A stretch of 64,000 nucleotides of DNA from Enterobacter sp. BIGb0383 (lineage in GTDB: Bacteria; Pseudomonadota; Gammaproteobacteria; Enterobacterales; Enterobacteriaceae), in the NCBI RefSeq assembly GCF_003751845.1, contig NZ_RJKQ01000002.1, positions 1,460,668 through 1,524,667 on the forward strand. The letters run 5' to 3'. The translations under genes and the position numbers were made by a program. Each line of letters starts with the position of its first letter. Positions within the stretch are counted from its first letter, which is position 1. The notes below the pieces were generated by a model, which did no database searches, had not been told where the DNA came from, and saw nothing but the letters and a program-made list of their open reading frames with translations. Shown here piece by piece: positions 55,952-64,000 of the stretch.

Positions 55952-56876
55952 TGTCGATTCAGAAGTGGGCCTGCTGCTGGGCGGTTTGTTTGGCATCCTG
56001 ATCGTCGCCAGCCTGATTGGCTTTATCCTCTCCTGCCGCAAACAGAATGCCACCATCAGTAACCTTAACGCCCGCATCCGCGCCTGGTGGGTGATGTGTA
56101 CCATCGCCGTTATCGCCATGCTGATTGGTCCCATTGGCTCGGTGGTTCTGTTTGCCTTGATGTCTTTTTTTGCGTTACGCGAATGCATTACGCTGATGCC
56201 AACCCGCCGGGGCGATCACGAGGCGCTGTTCTGGTGTTTCTTTATCATTCTGCCAGTGCAGTACCTGCTGGTCGGGATCCAGTGGTACTCGGTATTTGTC
56301 ATCTTTATCCCGGTATACGCATTTCTGTTTATCCCGGCACGTGTCGCCATTGCCGGTGATACCCATCAGTTCCTGGAGCGCAGCGCCAAAATTCAGTGGA
56401 GCCTGATGATGGCGGTGTACTGTGTCAGCCACGCGCCTGCGCTGCTGATGCTGTCGATTCCGGGCTATGAAGGCGAAAACATCAAGCTCATCCTGTTTAT
56501 GATGATAGTGGTGCAGATTTCCGACGTGCTGCAGTACGTCTTCGGCAAGCTCTGGGGCAAGCGCCCGATTGTGCCGAAACTCAGCCCGAACAAAACCGTG
56601 GAGGGCTTTGTCGGTGGGCTACTGAGCGCCAGCCTGGTGGGAGCCGGTCTGTGGTGGGTCACGCCGTTTAATCCGCTGCAGGCGTTTTTTATCTCCCTGC
56701 TGATAACCCTGCTTGGCTTTCTCGGCGGGCTCTGTATGTCGGCGATTAAACGCGATCGCGGCGTGAAGGATTTCGGCGCTATGCTGGAAGGCCACGGCGG
56801 AATGATGGATCGCATCGACTCCCTGTGCTTCGCCGCGCCGGTCTTTTTCCACGTGGTGCGCTACTGGTTTACCTGA
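55944..56876 (+). CDS. CdsA-like phosphatidate cytidylyltransferase (CTP_transf_1) family membrane protein
   Basis: C-terminal signature ...SAIKRDRGVKDFGAMLEGHGGMMDRIDSLCF (KRxxGVKDxGxxxPGHGGxxDRxDS); 8-nt overlap with the upstream acyltransferase gene. Confidence 0.75.
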   Translation: MINVDSEVGLLLGGLFGILIVASLIGFILSCRKQNATISNLNARIRAWWVMCTIAVIAMLIGPIGSVVLFALMSFFALRECITLMPTRRGDHEALFWCFFIILPVQYLLVGIQWYSVFVIFIPVYAFLFIPARVAIAGDTHQFLERSAKIQWSLMMAVYCVSHAPALLMLSIPGYEGENIKLILFMMIVVQISDVLQYVFGKLWGKRPIVPKLSPNKTVEGFVGGLLSASLVGAGLWWVTPFNPLQAFFISLLITLLGFLGGLCMSAIKRDRGVKDFGAMLEGHGGMMDRIDSLCFAAPVFFHVVRYWFT

Positions 56877-56878
56877 AG

Positions 56879-58621
56879 CTATCCCGCCTGCCGCAGGGTG
56901 CCATAGCGCAGACAGAAGCGCTGGCGTCGGCGGTAGGCATACACATCCTCGACGTGCCCATTGCGGATCCGCGCCTGTAGCGATCGCCAGTAGTCGGCGC
57001 GGAACAGGTCAGCGTGCATCTCTTCAAATAGCGGGCCGATTCGGGGATCGGCGCACAGCCAGTGCCGGAACTCCTCGGGGAAAACATCCCCCGGCGACAC
57101 GCTGTACCAGGGCTCGCCGGCCAGCTCATCTTCCGGATAGCGCGGGGGCGGAATATCGCGGAAATTCACCTCCGTCATATAGCAAATTTCATCGTAATCG
57201 TAGAACACCACCCGCCCGTGACGCGTCACGCCGAAGTTTTTAAACAGCATATCGCCGGGGAAAATATTGGCGGCGGCCAGCTGACGAATGGCGTTACCGT
57301 ACTCCTCAATCGCATCGCGTAATGACTGTCCGCTGGCCTGCTCCAGCCAGATATTGAGCGGCACCATCCGCCGCTCAATATAGAGATGGCTGATGGCAAT
57401 ACGGTCGCCCAGATCGGTGATTTTCTCTGCAGCCTCCTGCAACAGGAGATCCATCAGGGCCGGGGCAATTTGTCGCTTTTCCAGGACAAAGTTTTCAAAC
57501 TCCTGGGTATCCGCCATCCTTCCTACGCGGTCGTGCTCTTTTACCAGCTGATAGCAGGCGCGAACGTGGGCGGCGCTCATCTCTTTTTGTGGGGCGAAGC
57601 GGTCCTTGATGATTTTAAAGACCCGATCAAATCCCGGCAGCGTAAAGACCAGCATCACCATCCCGCGTATCCCCGGCGCTTCGATAAACTGCTCGTCGCT
57701 GCGGGCAAGGTAATGAAGATATTCGCGGTAGCTTTCGGTTTTGCCGTGCTTCTGGCAGCCAATGGCCATATACAGCTCGGCGGTGGTTTTCCCCGGCAGA
57801 ATATCGCGCAGCCACTCTACCGTCGCCGCGGGAAGCGGGGCATAGACCATAAAGTAGGAGCGGGCGAAGCCGAAAACGATACTCGCCTCGGCGTGGGTCG
57901 TCAGGCAGGTATCCACCACCAGTTCGCCCTCCGTGCTGCGGTGAATCGGCAGCAGAAACGGCAGCGTCCCGTCCGGCGTAATCAGTTTTCCAACCAGCCA
58001 GGCCGCCTTATTGCGGTAGAACAGTTCGTTTGCAACCTGCAGATGCGCCTGACGCAGAATCTCACTGCCGAAGGTTTCGCTCAGATGGTTGCTGATATAA
58101 CCCACGTCACGCGCCCGATCCTGCCAGGGCAGGCGCAGGGGCAGATCGGTCAGGACTTTGGTCAGCAGGATTTCCCAGCCACGGTCGGGGAAAAAATCTT
58201 TCGCCAGCGGTCGGGGAATGGTCCGGAAGCGGCGTTCCGGCTGGGAGCTAAAGACAAACAGCCGTGCAGGTAGAAGCGCCCGATGATCGAAGAGTCGACA
58301 ATAGACGGAGTTAAAAAAGCTTTCGGCAATTTCAAAGCGGGGATAGTCGGGCAACAGCTGGGTATACTGCGCTTTCACCTGCAGCAGAAAATCGATATCC
58401 GCCGTTTTACCGTCGGTAATGCAGCGCAGCTGTTCCACCACCAGACCAACGTGGTGATCGTAGAGGTGAATACGCTGTTTCATGGCCTGCTGGACGGCGT
58501 GCCAGTCAGCCTGCTCAAAGCGCTGCTGGGCACCGGAGGTGACCTCCAGAAAGCGACCATACTGCGCATCGAAGCCCTGGAGAATCGTTTGAGCAATCAG
58601 TAATTCCAGACCACGCGACAT
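56879..58621 (-). CDS. aceK: Isocitrate dehydrogenase kinase/phosphatase
   Basis: 580 aa; [48 protein letters not shown]... near-identical to E. coli AceK. Confidence 0.96.
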   Translation of the reverse strand: MSRGLELLIAQTILQGFDAQYGRFLEVTSGAQQRFEQADWHAVQQAMKQRIHLYDHHVGLVVEQLRCITDGKTADIDFLLQVKAQYTQLLPDYPRFEIAESFFNSVYCRLFDHRALLPARLFVFSSQPERRFRTIPRPLAKDFFPDRGWEILLTKVLTDLPLRLPWQDRARDVGYISNHLSETFGSEILRQAHLQVANELFYRNKAAWLVGKLITPDGTLPFLLPIHRSTEGELVVDTCLTTHAEASIVFGFARSYFMVYAPLPAATVEWLRDILPGKTTAELYMAIGCQKHGKTESYREYLHYLARSDEQFIEAPGIRGMVMLVFTLPGFDRVFKIIKDRFAPQKEMSAAHVRACYQLVKEHDRVGRMADTQEFENFVLEKRQIAPALMDLLLQEAAEKITDLGDRIAISHLYIERRMVPLNIWLEQASGQSLRDAIEEYGNAIRQLAAANIFPGDMLFKNFGVTRHGRVVFYDYDEICYMTEVNFRDIPPPRYPEDELAGEPWYSVSPGDVFPEEFRHWLCADPRIGPLFEEMHADLFRADYWRSLQARIRNGHVEDVYAYRRRQRFCLRYGTLRQAG

Positions 58622-58669
58622 CGTTTTCCCTCAGGTGAACCCTCTCCCGGACGGGGAGAGGGGGAAGCA

Positions 58670-59974
58670 TCAGAACTGACTTTCTTCGGTCGATCCGGTC
58701 AGGGCGGTAACGGAAGAGACGCCGCCCTGAATAATCGTGGTCACCTTATCGAAGTAGCCCGTGCCCACTTCCTGCTGGTGAGAGACGAAGGTGTAACCTT
58801 CTTTGGCGGCGGCGAATTCAGGCTGCTGCACTTTTTCCACGTAGTGCTTCATCCCTTCGCCCTGAGCATATGAGCGGGCCAGATCGAACATGTTGAACCA
58901 CATGCTGTGAATACCTGCCAGAGTGATGAACTGGTACTTGTAGCCCATCTCGGAGAGCTGCTGCTGGAAGCTGGCGATAGTCTTGTCATCCAGATTCTTC
59001 TGCCAGTTGAATGACGGCGAGCAGTTGTAGGCCAGCAGCTTACCGGGATATTTCGCATGGATCGCATCAGCAAAACGCTTCGCCAGGGCCAGGTCGGGCG
59101 TAGACGTTTCACACCACACCAGATCCGCATAGGGCGCGTAGGCCAGGCCACGGCTGATGGCCTGTTCAATTCCGGCGTGGGTGCGGTAGAAACCTTCGCT
59201 GGTGCGTTCTCCAGTAACAAACTCGGCGTCATACGCGTCACAATCGGAGGTGATGAGGTCCGCTGCATCCGCATCGGTGCGGGCAATTAACAGCGTCGGC
59301 ACGCCCAGCACATCCGCGGCCAGACGGGCTGCGACCAGCTTCTGAATGGCTTCCTGAGTCGGAACCAGCACCTTGCCGCCCATATGACCGCACTTCTTCA
59401 CCGAGGCCAGTTGATCCTCGAAGTGAACCGCCGCGGCACCGGCTTCGATCATCGATTTCATCAGCTCAAAGGCATTCAGCACGCCGCCAAAGCCCGCTTC
59501 CGCATCGGCGACAATCGGCAGGAAGTAGTCGGTATAGCGTGAATCGCCCGGCTCAATACCGGATGCCCACTGGATCTGATCCGCGCGGCGGAAGGTGTTG
59601 TTGATCCGATCGACGACTGACGGAACGGAATTCGCCGGATAAAGCGATTGATCCGGGTACATGCTGGCGGCGAGGTTGGCATCCGCAGCCACCTGCCAGC
59701 CGGAGAGATAAATCGCCTCAACGCCGGCTTTAGCCTGCTGCAGTGCCTGGCCGCCGGTCAGCGCACCGAGGCTGTTTACGTAGCCCTTTTTCGACTCGCC
59801 GTGCAGCAGGCGCCACATTTTTGCCGCTCCCAGCTGGGCCAGAGTACACTCCGGATTAACCGAGCCGCGCAGTTTTACCACCTCTTCGGCGCTATAAGGG
59901 CGGCGAATGCCTTCCCAGCGCGGCTGTGTCCATTCTTTTTGTAATTGTTCGATTTGTTGGGTACGGGTCTTCAT
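58670..59974 (-). CDS. aceA: Isocitrate lyase
   Basis: 434 aa from ATG 59974 ([15 protein letters not shown]...); active-site [10 protein letters not shown]-terminus ...GSTEESQF as in E. coli. Confidence 0.97.
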   Translation of the reverse strand: MKTRTQQIEQLQKEWTQPRWEGIRRPYSAEEVVKLRGSVNPECTLAQLGAAKMWRLLHGESKKGYVNSLGALTGGQALQQAKAGVEAIYLSGWQVAADANLAASMYPDQSLYPANSVPSVVDRINNTFRRADQIQWASGIEPGDSRYTDYFLPIVADAEAGFGGVLNAFELMKSMIEAGAAAVHFEDQLASVKKCGHMGGKVLVPTQEAIQKLVAARLAADVLGVPTLLIARTDADAADLITSDCDAYDAEFVTGERTSEGFYRTHAGIEQAISRGLAYAPYADLVWCETSTPDLALAKRFADAIHAKYPGKLLAYNCSPSFNWQKNLDDKTIASFQQQLSEMGYKYQFITLAGIHSMWFNMFDLARSYAQGEGMKHYVEKVQQPEFAAAKEGYTFVSHQQEVGTGYFDKVTTIIQGGVSSVTALTGSTEESQF

Positions 59975-60126
59975 GTGCAGATGCTCCATTTCATCCTGGA
60001 TCTCCAGGCGTTATTGGTGAAGGCAGTTTGGTCACGGCCAGCGCGCAAAAATCGGAGCGTACATACAGTACGTGAGGATTTTGAGCACTGCCCGGGGCCA
60101 AAATGGCGAACAAAATAGCCTGGTTA

Positions 60127-61728
60127 TTAAGCCAGCAGGCGGTAGCCTGGCAAGGTAAGGAAATCGATCAGCTCGTCTGAAGTGGTGATCTGCTCCATCA
60201 GGCGGGCAGCATCATCAAAACGCCCGCTGCTGAAGCGGTGTTCGCCCAGCTCCTCCTGGATGACCAGCATCTCCTCGGCCAGCATCTGACGGAACAGGTC
60301 TTTGGTAACCGGTTTGCCGTTGCTGAGGGTTTTCTGGTGATGGATCCACTGCCAGATGGAGGTGCGGGATATCTCGGCGGTAGCGGCATCTTCCATCAGG
60401 CCGTATATCGGCACGCAGCCGTTACCGGAGATCCAGGACTCGATATACTGCACCGCCACGCGGATATTCGCCCGCATCCCCTCTTCCGTCCGTTCGCCGT
60501 CGCAGGCGGCCAGTAGGTGGTCGGCGGTAATGGGTGCGTCGTTATCGCGCGATACCGAAAGCTGATTTTTATTGGTACCCAGCGCGCTGTTAAAAACGGC
60601 CATTGCCGTATCGGCGAGGCCCGGATGCGCAATCCAGGTTCCGTCATGACCGTTGCGGGCTTCCAGCTCTTTATCCGCCTTCACCTTGCCGAGCACCTGG
60701 TTATTACGCTCGGCATCTTTGCTCGGGATAAAGGCCGCCATACCGCCCATCGCAAATGCGCCGCGCTTATGGCAGGTTTTGATCAGCAGCCGCGAGTATG
60801 CGCTGAGGAAAGGTTTGTCCATCGTCACCACCTGGCGATCCGGCAGGACGCGATCGGGATGGTTTTTCAGGGTTTTGATATAGCTGAAAATATAGTCCCA
60901 GCGCCCGCAGTTCAGGCCGACAATATGGTCTCGCAGGGCGTGGAGGATTTCGTCCATCTGAAAGACCGCCGGGAGCGTTTCGATCAGCAGAGTGGCTTTG
61001 ATGGTGCCACGCGGTAAATCAAAGCGGTCTTCGGTGTAGCTGAAGATTTCGCTCCACCATGCCGCCTCCTGCCAGGCCTGGGTTTTCGGCAGATAGAAGT
61101 AGGGGCCGCTACCTTTTGCCAGCAGGGCTTTGTGGTTGTGGAAGAAGTAGAGCGCAAAATCAAACAGGCTGCCCGGAATGGCCTCGCCTTGCCAGGTCAC
61201 GTGCTTTTCCGGCAGGTGCAGGCCGCGCACCCGACATACCAGCACGGCGGGATCGGGCTTCAACTGGTAGATTTTCCCGGCTTCGTTGGCATAGCTGATA
61301 GTGCCATTGACCGCATCGCGCAGATTGATTTGACCGTCGATCACTTTGTGCCAGTCCGGTGCCAGGGAATCTTCGAAGTCGGCCATAAACACTTTGACGT
61401 TGGCATTCAGCGCATTAATCACCATCTTGCGCTCAACCGGCCCGGTGATTTCGACCCGGCGGTCCTGCAGGTCGGCAGGGATCCCGCGAATCGTCCAGTC
61501 ACCGTTCCGAATGGAATGTGTTTCCGAAATAAAATCCGGGAGTTTTCCCGCATCGATGTCCTGCTGTTGTTTAACCCTGGCCGCCAGCAGCTGATTGCGT
61601 GCGGGCGTAAAGCGCGCCACCAGTTCACTCAGAAACTCTACCGCCTCTGGCGTCAGAATCTGTTGTTCTTGCTTGCCGTGTGGCTGGCTGAAAGCCAGTT
61701 CGTCGATCGTTGTCGCCTGTTGTGTCAT
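60127..61728 (-). CDS. aceB: Malate synthase A
   Basis: 533 aa from ATG 61728 (MTQQATTIDELAFSQPHGKQEQQILTPEAVEFL...) collinear with E. coli AceB; GAGGAG RBS. Confidence 0.96.
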   Translation of the reverse strand: MTQQATTIDELAFSQPHGKQEQQILTPEAVEFLSELVARFTPARNQLLAARVKQQQDIDAGKLPDFISETHSIRNGDWTIRGIPADLQDRRVEITGPVERKMVINALNANVKVFMADFEDSLAPDWHKVIDGQINLRDAVNGTISYANEAGKIYQLKPDPAVLVCRVRGLHLPEKHVTWQGEAIPGSLFDFALYFFHNHKALLAKGSGPYFYLPKTQAWQEAAWWSEIFSYTEDRFDLPRGTIKATLLIETLPAVFQMDEILHALRDHIVGLNCGRWDYIFSYIKTLKNHPDRVLPDRQVVTMDKPFLSAYSRLLIKTCHKRGAFAMGGMAAFIPSKDAERNNQVLGKVKADKELEARNGHDGTWIAHPGLADTAMAVFNSALGTNKNQLSVSRDNDAPITADHLLAACDGERTEEGMRANIRVAVQYIESWISGNGCVPIYGLMEDAATAEISRTSIWQWIHHQKTLSNGKPVTKDLFRQMLAEEMLVIQEELGEHRFSSGRFDDAARLMEQITTSDELIDFLTLPGYRLLA

Positions 61729-61884
61729 TGTGCCGCTCCTCGCTGTTGATCCGAATACACTCCCCAACGCGAACGAAAGATCCTGCGCGGTTTTCGTTCA
61801 GCACAATTAAGACTAATTAATAAAATTATAAAATCAAAAACAATTTCCATTTTAATTGTTAATTCAAGGTAAGGCATTGATCAA

Positions 61885-61912
61885 AATGGAATTAAATATT
61901 TTTCTGGTTGTG
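61885..61912. promoter_or_regulatory. Candidate IclR operator in the AT-rich aceBAK promoter region
   Basis: AAAATGGAATTAAATATTTTTCTGG resembles the IclR-box (TGGAAAT-N-ATTTCCA-like) region of E. coli aceBp; position upstream of aceB. Confidence 0.35.
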
Positions 61913-61927
61913 AATATATTTTCATAA

Positions 61928-61953
61928 ATAAAAAAGGCACCCGAAGATGCCTT
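61928..61953 (-). terminator. Rho-independent terminator of metA
   Basis: AGGCACCCGAAGATGCCT hairpin followed on the minus strand by TTTTTTATTTAT. Confidence 0.7.
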
Positions 61954-61994
61954 AATGGTGTGCTGAAACGCTTTAGGATCTTACGCGCAGAGGA

Positions 61995-62924
61995 TTACTC
62001 CAGCGTCGGATTCATATGGCGCAGATCGAACGGCGTGATCTGGTAGACGTAGTAGTTCAGCCAGTTGGTGAACAGCAGATTGCCGTGGCTACGCCAGGTC
62101 GCACGCGGTTTGTTCTGCGGATCGTTTTTTGGGAAGTAGTTATACGGAACCTCCGGACTCAGACCGGCTTCCACATCGCGGAAGTATTCGCCTGCCAGGG
62201 TATGGTCATCATACTCAGGATGGCCGGTCACAAAGGCAATACGCTTGTCTTTGCTGGCAAACAGATAGGCATCGCCACCTTCAGTTTCTGCCAGGATCTC
62301 AAGATCGGTATAGTCGCGGATCAACTCAGCCGGGAAGTCGGCATAACGGGAGTGCGGCGCCAGAAACGCATCATCAAATCCGCGGGTCAGCAGAGCATGA
62401 GGATGCAGGATATGGTGCTCATAGACACCGGAGAGTTTATCGCTGCGGGTCTGTTTCGGTATGCCATAAAGAATATTCAATGCGGCCTGGACAGCCCAGC
62501 ACACAAACAGGGTCGAGGTGACGTGATCTTTGGCCCACTCCAGGACCTGTTTGATCTGCGGCCAGTAGGCCACGTCGTTGAACTCCACCAGGCCCAGCGG
62601 CGCACCGGTGACGATCAGTCCATCGAAGTTTTCATCACGGATATCGTCGAAGTCACAGTAGAAGTTATTCAGATGCTCGGCCGGGGTATTACGCGACTCG
62701 CGGGCATCGATACGCAGGAGTCGGATATCTACCTGCAGCGGTGAGTTAGACAGTAGCCGCAGAAACTGGTTTTCCGTTTCGATTTTCTTCGGCATCAGGT
62801 TAAGGATAAGCACCTTCAGCGGACGAATTTCCTGACCTGTAGCACGCGAAGCCGTCATTACAAAGACGTTTTCTTCACGCAAGAAATTGACGGCTGGTAG
62901 CTCGTCCTGCACCCGAATCGGCAT
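61995..62924 (-). CDS. metA: Homoserine O-succinyltransferase
   Basis: 309 aa; [28 protein letters not shown]...; same length and sequence as E. coli MetA. Confidence 0.97.
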   Translation of the reverse strand: MPIRVQDELPAVNFLREENVFVMTASRATGQEIRPLKVLILNLMPKKIETENQFLRLLSNSPLQVDIRLLRIDARESRNTPAEHLNNFYCDFDDIRDENFDGLIVTGAPLGLVEFNDVAYWPQIKQVLEWAKDHVTSTLFVCWAVQAALNILYGIPKQTRSDKLSGVYEHHILHPHALLTRGFDDAFLAPHSRYADFPAELIRDYTDLEILAETEGGDAYLFASKDKRIAFVTGHPEYDDHTLAGEYFRDVEAGLSPEVPYNYFPKNDPQNKPRATWRSHGNLLFTNWLNYYVYQITPFDLRHMNPTLE

Positions 62925-62944
62925 AACCTTATATCCTCACAGCA

Positions 62945-62985
62945 TACGTTTAAACGTTTAGACATCCAGATAGCCGAAGATACCC
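62945..62985 (-). promoter_or_regulatory. Candidate tandem MetJ boxes upstream of metA
   Basis: TTTAAACGTTTAGACATCCAGATAG contains tandem degenerate 8-mers related to AGACGTCT (TAAACGTT/TAGACATC/CAGATAGC). Confidence 0.35.
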
Positions 62986-63077
62986 AGGAATAACCAAAAT
63001 GTCGAGTCCGCATATGAAAGGTGAGAAAGTTTCACGTCGCGGCCATTAGCCACAACGTGTTCAGAAAGGGGTACAGA

Positions 63078-63485
63078 TTACGAAGCGTTACGGCGAGTTT
63101 TTTCGCCATCGGCAAAAGTGAGCAGCACTTCACTATCGCTCAGAGGAGACTGACTGGAGATAACCTGAGGATACTTTGCTCTGCCGCCCGAGGCGCCAAA
63201 GATAACTTCCAGAATCGCACGCTCCTCAACCTGTGACAGGCCACCCTCATTCATTTCCAGCGCGTGCGCCAGGATCCCAAACTGTTTTCGTCCGAAGAAC
63301 GGAGTCCATATTGAACGAGGCATAAGCTGTTCGATAAGATCGTACACCAGTTTTTCTGCCTGAAAGAATTCGGCGACCAATATCCGCTGGTTGCTGAAGG
63401 TTCGGGAACCGGAAACCTGTTGCCCGGTAGTGGTATTACGTACAACTATCCGGTTTTTATACATCTGAACATACAAAATGATCAT
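63078..63485 (-). CDS. Hypothetical 135-aa protein resembling an N-terminal fragment of the MreB/actin fold
   Basis: ATG 63485 with AAGGA RBS; by-eye local similarity to MreB: ...RILVAEFFQAEKLVYDLIEQ (MreB VIADFFVTEKMLQHFIKQ) and ...GGLSQVEERAILEVIFGASGGRA (MreB [22 protein letters not shown]); lacks the phosphate-1 loop. Confidence 0.4.
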   Translation of the reverse strand: MIILYVQMYKNRIVVRNTTTGQQVSGSRTFSNQRILVAEFFQAEKLVYDLIEQLMPRSIWTPFFGRKQFGILAHALEMNEGGLSQVEERAILEVIFGASGGRAKYPQVISSQSPLSDSEVLLTFADGEKTRRNAS

Positions 63486-63527
63486 TGCGATTTCCTTTCT
63501 CAGTCCGTGATAAAGCCGAAAACGCAA

Positions 63528-63555
63528 AAAGGCCATCCTTTCGGATGGCCTTCTG
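63528..63555 (-). terminator. rrn operon terminator downstream of 5S rRNA
   Basis: AGGCCATCC-TTTC-GGATGGCCT hairpin followed on the minus strand by TTTTTGCGTTTT. Confidence 0.8.
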
Positions 63556-63564
63556 CTTTATTTG

Positions 63565-63684
63565 ATGCCTGGCAGTTCCCTACTCTCGCATGGGGAGACC
63601 CCACACTACCATCGGCGCTACGGCGTTTCACTTCTGAGTTCGGCATGGGGTCAGGTGGGACCACCGCGCTAGTGCCGCCAGGCA
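63565..63684 (-). rRNA. rrf: 5S ribosomal RNA
   Basis: Reverse complement is TGCCTGGCGGC...CCCATGCGAGAGTAGGGAACTGCCAGGCAT, essentially identical to E. coli 5S rRNA (120 nt). Confidence 0.97.
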
Positions 63685-63793
63685 AATCTTTTATGCATGA
63701 AATGAACTAAAAGCTTCATTTCCGCAAATTCTTTATCTGTAATCAAGCTGAAATCGATGTCTGTCTCTCACACCAAAACATCTTTGGCGTTGT

Positions 63794-64000
63794 AAGGTTA
63801 AGCCTCACGGTTCATTAGTACTGGTTAGCTCAACGTATCGCTACGCTTACACACCCAGCCTATCAACGTCGTAGTCTTCAACGTTCCTTTAGTGAGCTCA
63901 AGGCTCAAGGGAGAACTCATCTCGGGGCAAGTTTCGTGCTTAGATGCTTTCAGCACTTATCTTTTCCGCATTTAGCTACCGGGCAATGCCATTGGCATGA
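63794..64000 (-). rRNA. rrl: 23S ribosomal RNA, 3' end (continues beyond the window)
   Basis: Reverse complement ends ...GCGTAGCGATACGTTGAGCTAACCAGTACTAATGAACCGTGAGGCTTAACCTT, the conserved 23S 3' terminus. Confidence 0.95.

Noticed and set aside
59975-60126. 152-nt aceB-aceA spacer as a possible small gene or ncRNA
   Set aside because: There is no ORF with an RBS and only weak inverted repeats. It is probably a REP-free structured intergenic spacer, with insufficient evidence to call a feature.

Overview
This 64-kb window is a high-GC enterobacterial chromosome segment (Klebsiella/Enterobacter-like). It corresponds to the E. coli 91-92 min region (uvrA ... dnaB-alr-tyrB-aphA, dusA, zur, lexA-dgkA-plsB, ubiCA, malM-lamB-malK / malEFG, psiE, yjbEFGH, pgi, lysC, yjbB, metH, iclR, aceBAK, metA, rrn 5S/23S end), inverted relative to E. 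coli K-12. Homology to well-known E. coli proteins allowed most start codons to be set precisely, including the non-ATG starts of tyrB, yjbF and metH. Against the E. coli backbone, several accessory insertions or replacements stand out. (1) An RtcR (CARF-sigma54 activator) locus is divergent from an unusual operon, SPFH/band-7 protein - RtcB RNA ligase - Pol-beta nucleotidyltransferase, with no RtcA. The operon is preceded by a near-consensus sigma54 promoter and a ~300-nt structured leader containing a tRNA-like acceptor/T-arm minihelix (Y-RNA-like). (2) A low-GC islet encodes a LysR regulator, a signal-peptide-less GH18 chitinase with a chitin-binding domain, and a holin, giving a holin-dependent (type 10-like) secretion set-up, next to an Ail/Lom OMP and a GNAT. 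(3) Three type II toxin-antitoxin modules are present: HigB-2/HigA-2 beside dusA, HigB/HigA, and Gp49-like/XRE. (4) A DKNYY-repeat secreted protein lies between plsB and ubiA. (5) A TraF_2-like OMP replaces yjbLM. (6) A PlsC-like/CdsA-like gene pair sits where arpA is in E. coli. (7) A truncated MreB-like ORF lies next to the rrn terminator. Recognisable regulatory elements include the lysC lysine riboswitch, two SOS boxes at lexA, MalT boxes in the malK-malE region, and many rho-independent terminators. pspG, dinF, pepE, xylE, yjbQ and yjbLM are absent from their E. coli positions.
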